Source: Azolla caroliniana (taxonomy: Eukaryota; Plantae; Polypodiophyta). From it: 64,000 bases of DNA. The DNA lies in assembly GCA_043228905.1 (NCBI GenBank), contig JBHGNT010000012.1, positions 9,424,001 to 9,488,000 on the forward strand. The letters are read 5' to 3'. This document shows positions 13,029-23,501 of the stretch, one piece after another (positions within the stretch are counted from its first letter, which is position 1; every line of letters begins with the position of its first letter). The notes below the pieces were generated by a model. It was not told the DNA's origin. It ran no database searches and saw nothing but the letters and a program-made list of their open reading frames with translations. A program made the translations under genes and the position numbers.

Positions 13029-15742
13029 CCAATTATGCCGCCAAAGTCAAGGAGGAAATCGACAAACTGTTAAGAGTTGGCTTTATCCGTCCGGTAAAGA
13101 AAGCGACATGGCTGAGCCCAATCATAGTCGTACCGAAGAAGAACGGAAAAATTCGAGTTTGCGTGGACTACCGGAAACTCAATGCGGCTATGGTAACGGA
13201 TGCGTTTCCACTTCCGTTCACAGATGGAGTGTTGGATGCCGTCACCGGCCATGAGGTCTATAGCTTCCTAGACGGATTCAACGGGTATAATCAGATCCGG
13301 ATGCACCCCGAAGACCAAGAGAAAACGGCATTCGTCACCGAATGGGGGGTCTTTGTGGCCGTGGTGATGATGTTCGGACTCAAAACGGCACCGACAACAT
13401 TTCAACGAATCATCATGGAAATCTTTGGTGAATATATACCGGCTTTTATGCAGGTTTTCCTTGACGATTTCGCCGTCTATAGCCGGGAGGAGGACCATTT
13501 TCAGCACCTCCGTCTTTGTCTAGAAAAGTGTAGAGCGTACTGGCTAAGCTTGAATCCGGCAAAGTGTGTATTTGGCGTGTCCAGTGGAACTTTATTAGGA
13601 CATATTGTGAGCCAGGAAGGTATTGCAGTCGACCCGGACAAAGTGAAAGCCATATTAGAAGCACCGGCGCCGGCAACGGCAAAGGCATTAAGCCGGTTCT
13701 TAGGCTAGATCCGGTGGCACAGCCGGATGCTCCGATACTTGGCCGACCTGGCTACACCGTTGCATGCCGCCGTACATCGGACACCATTCCAGTGGACCGA
13801 CACTGAGGATAGGGCGTATAAGGCCCTCAAGGTACTATTGTCGCAGGCACCGGTAGTGCAGCCTCCGGATTGGAGTAAAGAATTTCACGTGTTCATGGAC
13901 GCCTCCGACATCGCAATCGGAAGCGTACTAATGCAGCTTACAGATCCAAAGTGGTACCGGCTAGTGTACTATGCCAGCCGGAAGCTATCCCAAGCAGAAC
14001 AGAACTACTCTACTACGGAACGGGAAGCTCTAGGGATGATCTACAGTGTGACAAAGTTTCGGCATTATTTGTTGGGAAGGAAATTTTCCTTCCATGTAGA
14101 TCATTCGGCACTCCTTTACCTGGTGTCCAAAGCGTCACTCACCGGCAAATTGGCCCGGTGAACCTTACTGTTACAGGAGTTCAAGTTTGAAATATTCCAC
14201 CGACCCGGTATACAGCATGTCGTGGCGGATTACTTAAGCCGATTAGAGTCCGGAGAGACGGGTGACGGAGTAGCGGATGAGTTTCCGGATGCAGAGCTGT
14301 TTCGAGTCACTACAGAGACGGCAGCAGATGAGACGGTGGCACAGGAAGACAAATGGCTCACAAATATGCACCAGTTTCTGAGCACAGAATTGCCTCCGGA
14401 AGAGATGAACCAGGACGAACGGAAACGCCTGGCGGTGCAAAGCCGACATTTCTGCTTACTGCAAGACACATTGTACCACAAGGGCACAGACGGCATATGG
14501 AGACGGGCGGTGCGCAACGATGAAAAGGAACTGATACTGAGGGAAGCCCACTGCGGAGTTGCCAGCGGTCACTATGCCGGAGATGCGACGGCCAGAAAAA
14601 TATGGCAAAGTGGCCTATGGTGGCCAACGACATTAAGAGATGCAATACGGTACGCAAAAGAATGTGACCTACGCCAGAGAATGGGCCAGCCAACGGAGCA
14701 AGCTCGTATGCCACACCAGCCGGTACTACCACTCGAGCCATTCCAAAAGTGGGGACTGGAGTTTGTAGGACCGTTCAAGCCACCGGCAATGAGAACGGGT
14801 AATCGGTACGTTATCGTTGCTACGGATTACTGCACGAAATGGGTGGAGGCCAAAGCTTTACGAGATAACACCGTTGCGTCAACGGCGAAGTTTCTATATG
14901 AGTACATCTGGTGCCGTTACGGATGCCCAATTGAATTAATAAGTGACCAAGGGGGGCACTTTCTCGGACAAGTAGTGGAAAGCCTAACGACCTTCTATGC
15001 CGTGGTCCAGAAACGAAGCACACCTTACTATCCACAGGCGAACAGTTTAGCGGACTCAACAAACAAGACGCTCCAGAATATCCTCCGGAAGATCGTCAAC
15101 GAAAACCGGACGGATTGGGACACAAAGCTACATAGCGCGCTTTGGGCATACCGGACGGCATACAAAACGAGCATCCGAACAACACCGTTCCGGTTAGCGT
15201 TCAGACTAGAGGCGGTCATGCCGGTAGAATTCCAAGTACCTAGCTTACGGATCCAGCTACGGGAACGGTTGAACGAGAAGGAGTCGGAGACAATAAGGTT
15301 GACAACGCTGTGTGAGCTCGAGGAACAACGATTGGCCAACATCCTACATTTAGAATTGGAGCAACGGCGACAGAAAGCATTTGTCGACCGACACAGGAAA
15401 GGGAATGAAAAAATGTTCGCAATCGGCAAACCAGTGTTAGTATTCCAAACCAGGATGGGCAAGATGCCGGGTAAACTATAGTTTAGATGGACCGGACCGT
15501 ATTGGCTAACACGGGAGTATAATGGGTCCTACCAGTTAGGGACACTTGCCGGCGAAGTGCTAGGCAAATGGGTCAATGGATTCCGGTTGAAGGCATATAG
15601 AGGACCGATGCCTAAGAACCCATTTGAGCAAAGGACCGACACCAGTGAGGGAAATGGCAACCACCAAGACGGCAGAGAAGGCGACCCGGTAACTGGGGAG
15701 AATGAGGCCGGTAAGGGTCCGAGAGGACCAACGGACAAGTGA
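13029..15742 (+). pseudogene. Gypsy pol (RT, RNase H, integrase with GPY motif), in-frame stops
   Basis: ORFs 13010-13708, 13727-14161, 14222-15481, 15557-15742 in one frame; FLDDF, DASD, HHCC and DDE motifs. Confidence 0.9.
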
Positions 15743-15903
15743 CGTCACACTAATAATAATAATAACTAAAAAATAAATAAATAATAAGAAAAAACAATCA
15801 TGCAAAAGCGAGGAATGAAAGGATGAAAGAGCGAGGAGCGAAAAGGTACGTAGTGGGCATTTAAAGCGCCACCACAGGACATAATGCTATTTTAGTACAC
15901 GAC

Positions 15904-18699
15904 ATGCACACACTCGAAAAAGGCGCCAGAATGCATAGACAAAAACCACTGCGTGTAGAGACCCTCTACTTTCGTGAACCCAGGAGCACAGAAGCACCAA
16001 GACGCTGCAAGATCATCAGACGAGAACCTGCGCATAGAGAACCCCCGCCTTCTGAACTCTCTCTTTCTCAACCTCACTCTCATCACCATCCAACCTCGCC
16101 ACCGCCATCTGACCTCGACACAGACATGGACCTGCAAACGCTGTTGGAAGCCGCCAAGACATGGCTAAAGCAACACGGGCTCGAGGGCTTCTTGATGATG
16201 ATGGAAGTACCGCCACACAAAGAAGCCGACAAAGTGATCAAAGAAATCGATACAGAGGTCATAACGGCAGAGGTGATTCGAGCGTTAACAGGCCTTCCGG
16301 AGGGAGGCATACTCACGATCGACAATCCAACCCCGGAGCAACTCATCAGGTATTTTGGTGAGTACTCTCTAGCCAGCAAGGGCTACCGGACACAGGGCGG
16401 CGGAGATACGTTGTTCCGCGAAATTGCTTGTGTGCTCCATGAATACGGCCACGTGTACCCTAGACCCCCTGTCATGCCGCAAAACCGGGCAGGGATGATC
16501 ATTGCCACCTATGAAGGGATCAAGGTGGATTGGCCGGTATTGATCGCAGACGGGTTGTGTGCGGCCATCGAGATCGTCAGAGGCAAAGACGGCAAAGAAG
16601 GCCGAGACGGACGGAGGATATGGCACGCCGTAATGCAGTGGCTCACCTTGCTTGTGCCACCCGTCCAGCCCGTCCAGCCCAAGAAGTGAGGAAGAGTGGC
16701 GGACGGCACCCCAAAGACGGCTTCCAAACGACAACAGTTGTTGGCCTCTAAGGCCACTAAGGGAAAGGCGGCGGATGCAGAACAGGCGGCAGCAGGAAGC
16801 GGCAGCCGGAAGCGCCCAACAGAGGCGCAAGAGGAACCACCGGCACGGCCCGTAAAGGTCACACTCCGCCGACCGGTGAATAGAGAAGCGGACCCCTTGG
16901 CGGCAAAACTCAATGCCGGAGCTCAGGAGGAGGAAATAGAGGAGGAGCCCACGGAGCACCTCCAGCGACGGTCGTTGGCAAGGACCGTTGAGACAGCCGG
17001 GAAACGTTCGGACCCTCAGACGGAGGGAACACCAGCTCTCCTTAGTGAGACTCCCACGCCAAGGAAGGAACCGGAACCAGTGCATATGGCACCGGAAACA
17101 GAAGCCCCGACACCACCGGCAACACCGGCAAGTCCCATCCCGCCAGAGCCGGAAAGGTCAATGCAGCCTCCCTCGGTCAGCCAAGAAGAAGCGCAAGGGG
17201 AACCAGGACAGCAGGGTGGTCCACGGGCAGAAACGGAACTGCAACTCGGCGCAACCAGGTGGGACCACCCCTCTACAAGTGAGCCCATCTGTCAAACCTC
17301 CGTGCAAGCACAACAAGGGACCGGTAGCCTGTGCCTCCGGTGGATAGGCGAACAGATAGCTGGAGCAGTGGGGTATATTGAGGTAGAAGAAAGAGCGCAA
17401 AGCGAACAGTTGCTCGTCACAACCGAACAACTAGAGACGGCCCGGTCCAGAATCCGGTGCCTTGAAAAAGACTTGGATCAGGTCACGACAAAGATAACCA
17501 AAATGGCCTTAACGGCAACACAGATCCAATCACCGGTGACTCCGGTAAGAGTACAGAATAAAGAAACGGAACGACCTGTACATAGCAATAAGACCCCGGC
17601 AACGGAAACCGTTCCGGCGAGAGAGGCAGCGCAAGCCCAGGAGCTTGCGGAATTGAGAGATGAACTTGCCGCACAAGAAGCGCTAAGGAGCCGTGAACGA
17701 GAATTGAAGACGGCGGCCGAAGCCGAATTAAAGAAGACTGCTGAGAACCTCCGCCGGGCAGAGGAGAGCCTCCGGAAAGGCCATCAAGCGTACGACCGGC
17801 TAAAGGAGGAGAAAGACAAAGTGCTCCAGGAAAAAGACAAGCTGCGGAAAACGGCGGAAACAGAGATTGAACGGCTAAAGGAAGAGCTCCGTCAGTAGAA
17901 GGACCGCGAGGACTGGGCCCGTCGTCAGATCAACGCACGGTTCAAGCAAAAGACGGATGATTTTGAGCACCTGCACCGGGACTACAAACGGCTGGAAACG
18001 GAGCATAAAGAACGGATGGCCGAGCTCCAGCAAGCAGTTGATTGGGCCGCGATGGCGATCGCCGACGAACGGGCGGAAAATACAAGACGCTTGGACGAGG
18101 CGGAGAAGGTCCGGATGGAGCTCCAGAGGTAGCAGCAGGAAGACAAAGAGAGAGCATCAACAGTATTGCAGAAATTACAAAGCACATATCAAAGGCAATT
18201 GACACATTACAAGGCGCAGGCGGAGGACAACATCAAAATCATCAAACAACTGAAGGAGGAACGGCAAGCGGCGGAAACCAAATCGCAATTGGGAACGAGC
18301 CGGATTCAGTCCATCCTCCGGGCGCAGGTCAGGCAGCTCGTAGCTCAGCTAGACGATGATAGGCTGGACGCTCAAATCCAATTTGAAAGCTACGAGCGGT
18401 CCCGGGTGCGGGAAGAAAAAGCACAAGAAGCGGCAACGGTTAACCTTAGTGATGAGGAACCGTCGCCGGCTGAGGGCCAGCCGAGTACCAGTCAACCGGA
18501 GACCACTATGACGCAGGGAGCAACGACGGAGATGCCGGTGTCAGAGCAACAAACGGAGGAGCAGCCGCAGCAGCCACCAACGAACCCGCCGCAGCAAACA
18601 TCAACAGAGCAACAACAACAACAACAACAACAACCACTTCCAGATGAACCATTGGAGCCTCTCGAACAAAGCATTCTGGACATTTTGGACGAAGAATAG
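15904..18699 (+). pseudogene. Extra ORF downstream of pol (N-terminal conserved domain plus coiled coil), interrupted by stops
   Basis: ORFs 15904-16689, 16696-17898, 18166-18699 in the same frame; homologous to 20489-23419. Confidence 0.8.
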
Positions 18700-18710
18700 C
18701 AAGGGTCGGT

Positions 18711-18751
18711 TGTGGATTCGACGTACAAGGTACTGTCCCACGGGCATGCCA
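18711..18751 (+). other. tRNA-Arg 3'-end-like element / inverted second PBS at PPT position (B2)
   Basis: TGTGGATTCGA-CGTACAAGGTACT-GTCCCACGGGCATGCCA, then TG, then LTR start TGTTACC. Confidence 0.75.
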
Positions 18752-19204
18752 TGTGTTACCGGCTGGCAAAGGAGTCCTGAGTGGGAAACGGAGAGTTAAT
18801 TAAGTAGTAGGAATGTGGTTGTAATTAAGCTATGAGTGTGGACGGACGGACCGGAAACGGTATGCCGTTCCGGATCCGGACCGATCCCGAACAGGTGCGG
18901 ATGGCACCGTTTTGTAATATAGACCGGAAACCTATTTAAAGGCCCGGATACAATGTAATAGTTAGCGGTTAATTAATGAAAGCTTAAGCGTTGTTATCTC
19001 TCTATGTTAATTGCCGTTCTGTCGTAATTGTTATATCTTACGTGTGTTATGAAAGACGATCCTAATAAGTAACTTAATTAAGTCGGATTAAGCGTTGAAG
19101 TCTAATCCGGTTGCCGTAACACCCTTTGGTGAAGTGTCTCCCGTAGACACCCTGTGTTAGGCCATTGTCCGGCCCTAAGAGTTAACAAGTCTATGGACAA
19201 CACC

Positions 19205-19244
19205 TGGCATGCCCGTGGTACAGGACTTTGTCCGTCGGACCCAC
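19205..19244 (-). other. tRNA-Arg 3'-end-like element / inverted second PBS at PPT position (C)
   Basis: Sense GTGGGTCCGA-CGGACAAAGTCCT-GTACCACGGGCATGCCA, 2 nt before the LTR. Confidence 0.7.
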
Positions 19245-20438
19245 GGTTCACAATGTGGAGGAGTAACCATGGATTTGGCAAAACAACACAAATTACAAAA
19301 ATTGGCCGTTCCTACGAGGGCTTACAGGTTGGTTTTATTTCTCTTCCAATATACCGAGGATATCCTCGAGGGCGTGGGGTTGGTCTGGCTGCTCGAAAGG
19401 TGGGGTTGGTGATGGAGGTTGTGTTGCCGAGTCGGGGATGGATGTGCCGATGTGTGCGGCCTCCTCTGTTGGGACCGGTTCAGGCAGGGTCGGGGTTAGA
19501 GTCTGTGGCTCCGGTGGGATGTGGAGGTCTGTAGGGGCAGGTTCCTCCAATCTAGCTGCCGTGGTGGGTGGCTCGGGTCCTTGCTCGTTGGTTGTAGGAG
19601 CTCTGTTAAGCTAGGTTGTTAGTCATTCCTCCTCATAAGCTTCGGCTTCGAAGTGAAACACCATAAGATCGTCCTTGAATTGCGCTAAAAGTTGCTCGAT
19701 GGCCGCGGTGTGGGAAGAAGCTGCTAAGGTATGATATTCCTCAGTTAAGTCCTCACGGAGGGTTTGGATGCTGGTGTCATTCATCTTGTAAAACCCTCGG
19801 CCCTCCTTCCGTTGGTTCTCGGCATCCGAGCGTAGTATGTGTAGGTCCGCGGCTTGGGCTGACTACCCCTGCCAGACACGGTCAAGTGTGTCTTTGATCT
19901 TTGTGGTGAATTGCTGGCGATACTTGTTGATTAGTATCTTGATTTTAGTATCGTCCATGCCAATGCTAGTGCGGTGAACTTCCATTGCCTCCCTTGCGGC
20001 CTTGGCTTTTGCTTGGTGTTATTCGCTTAGCCGGACAAGGCCTAACACAAGGTGTCACGGAGACACTTCACCAAAGGGTGATTACGGCATAGAATTAAGA
20101 TTCAACGATTACACCAACTTACGTAGGTTACACGATTAGAATGCTTTGGTTAATTACACGCGTAAGATATAACAGTAATTACAGAACGGAAATCAACACA
20201 GAAGTATAAACATCATAAGCTCTATTAATTATCCGCTGTGATTACAATGGGGTCCGGGCCTTTAAATAGGTTTCCGGCCCGTAGTACAAAACGGTGCCTC
20301 TCGCACCTATTCGGGATCCGTCCGGATCTGGAACGGCATACCGTTTCCAGTCCGTCCGTCCACACTATGCTCATTTACAACTATATTTAATTAATTCCTT
20401 CACTCCGTATTTTGGACTCCTTGCTGGCCGGTAACACA

Positions 20439-20476
20439 TGGCACGCCCGTGGGACAGTACCTTGTACGTCGAACCC
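20439..20476 (-). other. tRNA-Arg 3'-end-like element / inverted second PBS at PPT position (B1)
   Basis: Sense GGGTTCGA-CGTACAAGGTACT-GTCCCACGGGCGTGCCA, then TG, then the 3' LTR. Confidence 0.8.
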
Positions 20477-20488
20477 TTCTCGGCCCCT

Positions 20489-22459
20489 TCATTGTTCACC
20501 CAAATTGTCCAAAATACTTTGTTCAAGAATTTCCACTTGTTCCTCCGGTTGTGGTTGTTGCGGCTGTGCTTGCTGCTGCTGTTGCGGTTGGGACTGCGGC
20601 TGTTCCGGCTGCTCTATAGGCGGCTGCTCCGTTTGTTTCTCTGACTCCGGCTGCTCCGTTTGTTTCTCTGACTCCGGCTGCTCCGTTTGACTGCTTCCGG
20701 TCCGGTCTCCTTCCAGTAACGATTCCTCATCACTGAGGTTGACCGTAACCGGTTCTCGTTCTTTCTCTCCCCGGATCTGGGACCTCTCGTAGCTTTCAAA
20801 CTGGATCTGCGCCTCCAGCCTGTCATCATCCAGCTGAGCTACAAGTTGCCGGACTTGCCCTAGTTGGTCGTCTGCCAAGGCTTGAAAGTCTTCGGCAAGC
20901 TCATCCCTTATGCCGGTGAAGTCTTCGGAAGTCAGCATATAGCAATCATCTCCCTCCTTCCGCCGGTTCTCTACGTCGGCCCGGAGCAGTTGGAGTTCCG
21001 CCGCGTTCGTGGCCCACTGGGTCCACCATTTGACGGAGCCGTTGTCAATCAAGCTCTTGGTCTGGTTCAACCAGGCCCGCATGATATCCTGGATGCGACT
21101 TGCTCCCATTTGCGCTCTACTTTCCACCACTTGTCGCTCCTCCTTCAACTGCTTGATGAGATTCGCCGTATCCTCCGCCTGCTCTCTGTAGCGCGTCAGC
21201 TGCCCTTGATATGTCGTTTGCAGCCTCTGCAGTACCTCCGCCGCTCTTTCTTTTTCCGCCTGCTGTTGCCTGAGGAGCTCTGTCCGAACCTTCTCCGCCT
21301 CTTCCAACCGTCTTCTGGTTTCCGCTTGTTCCTTGGCGAATGCGGTTGCGGTCCGATCCACTGCTTGCCGGAGCTCATCCGTCCGTTCCTTGTGCTCCGT
21401 TTGCAACCGTTTATACTCCCGGTGTAAGTGCTCAAATTCCTCCGTTTTTTGTTTGAGCTTGCCATTGATCTGGCGCTGGTTCCGGTCCTCCCGATCCTTT
21501 ACCTGCCGGAGTTCCTCTTTCAGGCGCTCTACTTCTGTTTCGGCGTTCCTCCGGAGCCTGTCCTTCTCTTGCAGCATTTTCTCCTTCTCCTCCTTGAGCC
21601 GGTCGTACGCTTGGTGGCCTTTCCGTAAGCTCTCCTCGGCCCGGCATAGATTCTCAGCAGTCTTTTGGAGTTCTGCCTCTGCTGCCGTCTTCAATTCTCT
21701 TTCGCGGCTCCTCAGCGCTTCTTGGGCAGCTAGCTCATCCTTTAAATCCGCAAGCTCTTGGGCTTGTGCCGCATTTCTCTCCGGAACGGTTTCCGTTGCC
21801 GGGTTCTGATTGCTATGTACAGGTTGATCTGACGCCTTATTCTGTACATTGCCCGGAGTCACCGGTGCTTGGACTTGTGTTGTCAAAGCGAATTGAGCCA
21901 TTTCCCTTGTGACCCTGTCCAAGTCTTGTTCAAGGCTCCGGATTCTGGACCGGGTCGTCTCTAGATCTACGGTTGTGACGAGCAACCGTTCGTTGTGCGC
22001 TCTCTCCTCCGCCTCCATGTACTCGACCACTCCGGCGATCTGCTCGCCTACCCACCGTAGCCACATGCTACTGGTGCCTTGCTGCTGTACTGGTCCTACT
22101 CCTTGGCCGCCGTGTGTGCTGGCTGTGCTCGCCGGCTGTTGAGTTCCGGTTCTCGCCATCTCCGGAGCCGTTGGAATGACTTCTTCTATAGAAGCCGACA
22201 AGGCCGGTTCCATACGCACCGGTTCCGGTTCCTCCCTTATGGTTTGCTCAGGTTGAGTTGGAGGCGTTTCTTCCTCTTGCGGGTACGAACGCTCCCCCGC
22301 TGTCCCGGCGGTCCTACTTCTTGACCGTCGTTGGAGGTGCTCTTCTGGCTCCTCCGTTTCCTCTTCCTGGGTAACGGCCTGTTTCTGTGCCGTCAAGGGT
22401 TCCGGTTCCTTCTGTCCCGGTCGCCGTATGGTTATCTTAACGGGTCGGACCGGTGACAC
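20489..22459 (-). CDS. Extra ORF of B1, C-terminal long coiled-coil portion (656 aa)
   Basis: E/Q/R/K-rich heptad pattern; same frame as 22577-23419, separated by one TAG; homologues in A, B2 and C. Confidence 0.75.
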   Translation of the reverse strand: MSPVRPVKITIRRPGQKEPEPLTAQKQAVTQEEETEEPEEHLQRRSRSRTAGTAGERSYPQEEETPPTQPEQTIREEPEPVRMEPALSASIEEVIPTAPEMARTGTQQPASTASTHGGQGVGPVQQQGTSSMWLRWVGEQIAGVVEYMEAEERAHNERLLVTTVDLETTRSRIRSLEQDLDRVTREMAQFALTTQVQAPVTPGNVQNKASDQPVHSNQNPATETVPERNAAQAQELADLKDELAAQEALRSRERELKTAAEAELQKTAENLCRAEESLRKGHQAYDRLKEEKEKMLQEKDRLRRNAETEVERLKEELRQVKDREDRNQRQINGKLKQKTEEFEHLHREYKRLQTEHKERTDELRQAVDRTATAFAKEQAETRRRLEEAEKVRTELLRQQQAEKERAAEVLQRLQTTYQGQLTRYREQAEDTANLIKQLKEERQVVESRAQMGASRIQDIMRAWLNQTKSLIDNGSVKWWTQWATNAAELQLLRADVENRRKEGDDCYMLTSEDFTGIRDELAEDFQALADDQLGQVRQLVAQLDDDRLEAQIQFESYERSQIRGEKEREPVTVNLSDEESLLEGDRTGSSQTEQPESEKQTEQPESEKQTEQPPIEQPEQPQSQPQQQQQAQPQQPQPEEQVEILEQSILDNLGEQ

Positions 22460-22576
22460 CTCCTCCGGTTCTGAGAGCCGTTTCTTCCCTTTCGTCGCCT
22501 TCGACGCCAGCAGCTGCTGTCGTTTGGACGCCGGCTTCGAGGTGCTTCCTTCCGATACTCTTGGTCGCTTCTTTGG

Positions 22577-23419
22577 CTAAACGGTCTCGACCGGCGGCAC
22601 GAGCAATGTTATCCACTGAGCTACGGCGTGCCACAGCTTCCGGCCCTCCTTGCCGTCCTTTCCTCGTACCATGTCGATTGCCACGCACAAACCGTCTGCA
22701 ATCAACACCGGCCAATCCACCTTGGTCCCTTCATAGGTGGCTATGATCATCCCTGCCCGATTTTTTGGCATGACAGGGGGTCGGGGGTACACGTGGCCGT
22801 ACTCGTGGAGCACTCGAGCTATCTCCCTGAATAGCGGATCTTCGCCGCCCTGCGTTCGATAGCCTTTGCCGGCAACAGAGTACTCACCGAAATATCGGAT
22901 GAGTTGCTCCGAGGTTGGGTTATCGATCTGAAAGATACCTCCCTCCGGAAGGCCTGTTAGCGCACGGATCGCCTCCTCGGTGATGACTTCTGTGTCGAGC
23001 TCCTTGATGACCCGGTCGGCTTCTCTGTGCGGTGGTGCCTCCATGATGGCCAAGAACCCCTCCAGTCCGTGTTGCCTGAACCATTTCCTGGCCGCTTCCG
23101 ACAGCGTTTGTGGTTCCATGTCTGCTTCGAGGTCGAGGAAAGATGGCGAGGTAGAGTGGTGATGAGAGTGAGAGCGAGAGAGAGAGCGTTCTGAACGCGG
23201 GGGTTCTCTGAGTGCAGGTTCGCGTCTGCTAATCTTCCACTGCCTTGGTGCTTCTGTGCTTCTTGGCTCGCGAAAAAAAAAGATCTCCATGCGCTCTTCT
23301 TTTTCTCTGTGCGTCTTGGCGCCTTTTTCGAGCATGCGCACGTCGTGTACCGATTTAGTATTAAGTAACGTGGCGGCTCTTAAATGCCCACTACGTACCT
23401 TTTCGCTCCTTGCTTTCAC
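22577..23419 (-). CDS. Extra ORF of B1, N-terminal conserved domain (plant-transposon/PMD-like; function unknown)
   Basis: ITEEAIRALTGLPEGG..VDWPVLI pattern; conserved with family C 31610-32131; true start uncertain. Confidence 0.65.
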   Translation of the reverse strand: MKARSEKVRSGHLRAATLLNTKSVHDVRMLEKGAKTHREKEERMEIFFFREPRSTEAPRQWKISRREPALREPPRSERSLSRSHSHHHSTSPSFLDLEADMEPQTLSEAARKWFRQHGLEGFLAIMEAPPHREADRVIKELDTEVITEEAIRALTGLPEGGIFQIDNPTSEQLIRYFGEYSVAGKGYRTQGGEDPLFREIARVLHEYGHVYPRPPVMPKNRAGMIIATYEGTKVDWPVLIADGLCVAIDMVRGKDGKEGRKLWHAVAQWITLLVPPVETV

Positions 23420-23442
23420 ACCCGTTCATACCTCGATTTTTA

Positions 23443-23445
<3 letters not shown>

Positions 23446-23484
<39 letters not shown>
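23446..23484 (-). repeat. poly(A) tract (element sense) between pol stop and extra ORF
   Basis: About 39 consecutive T on plus strand; A-rich tract at the same position in B2 (15751-15800). Confidence 0.9.
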
Positions 23485-23486
<2 letters not shown>

Positions 23487-23501
23487 TGACGGTGTGTGAT
23501 C

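Larger units (their letters stand above)
13029..19187 (+). mobile_element. Gypsy family B copy B2, 5'-truncated: RT-RH-INT (13029-15742, few stops), extra ORF (15904-18699), 3' LTR 18754-19187
   Basis: Proteins closely similar to B1 pol; TGTTACC..GTTAACA LTR related to B1 LTR. Confidence 0.9.

Noticed and set aside
20439-20476. tRNA gene or tRNA-derived SINE
   Set aside because: Only T-arm and acceptor 3' strand are present; no D or anticodon arm, encoded CCA, and a fixed position next to the LTR
20439-20476. Self-cleaving ribozyme (hammerhead, as in retrozymes)
   Set aside because: No CUGANGA/GAAA core seen on either strand
20489-23419. Retroviral-type envelope gene
   Set aside because: No signal peptide or hydrophobic transmembrane stretch visible
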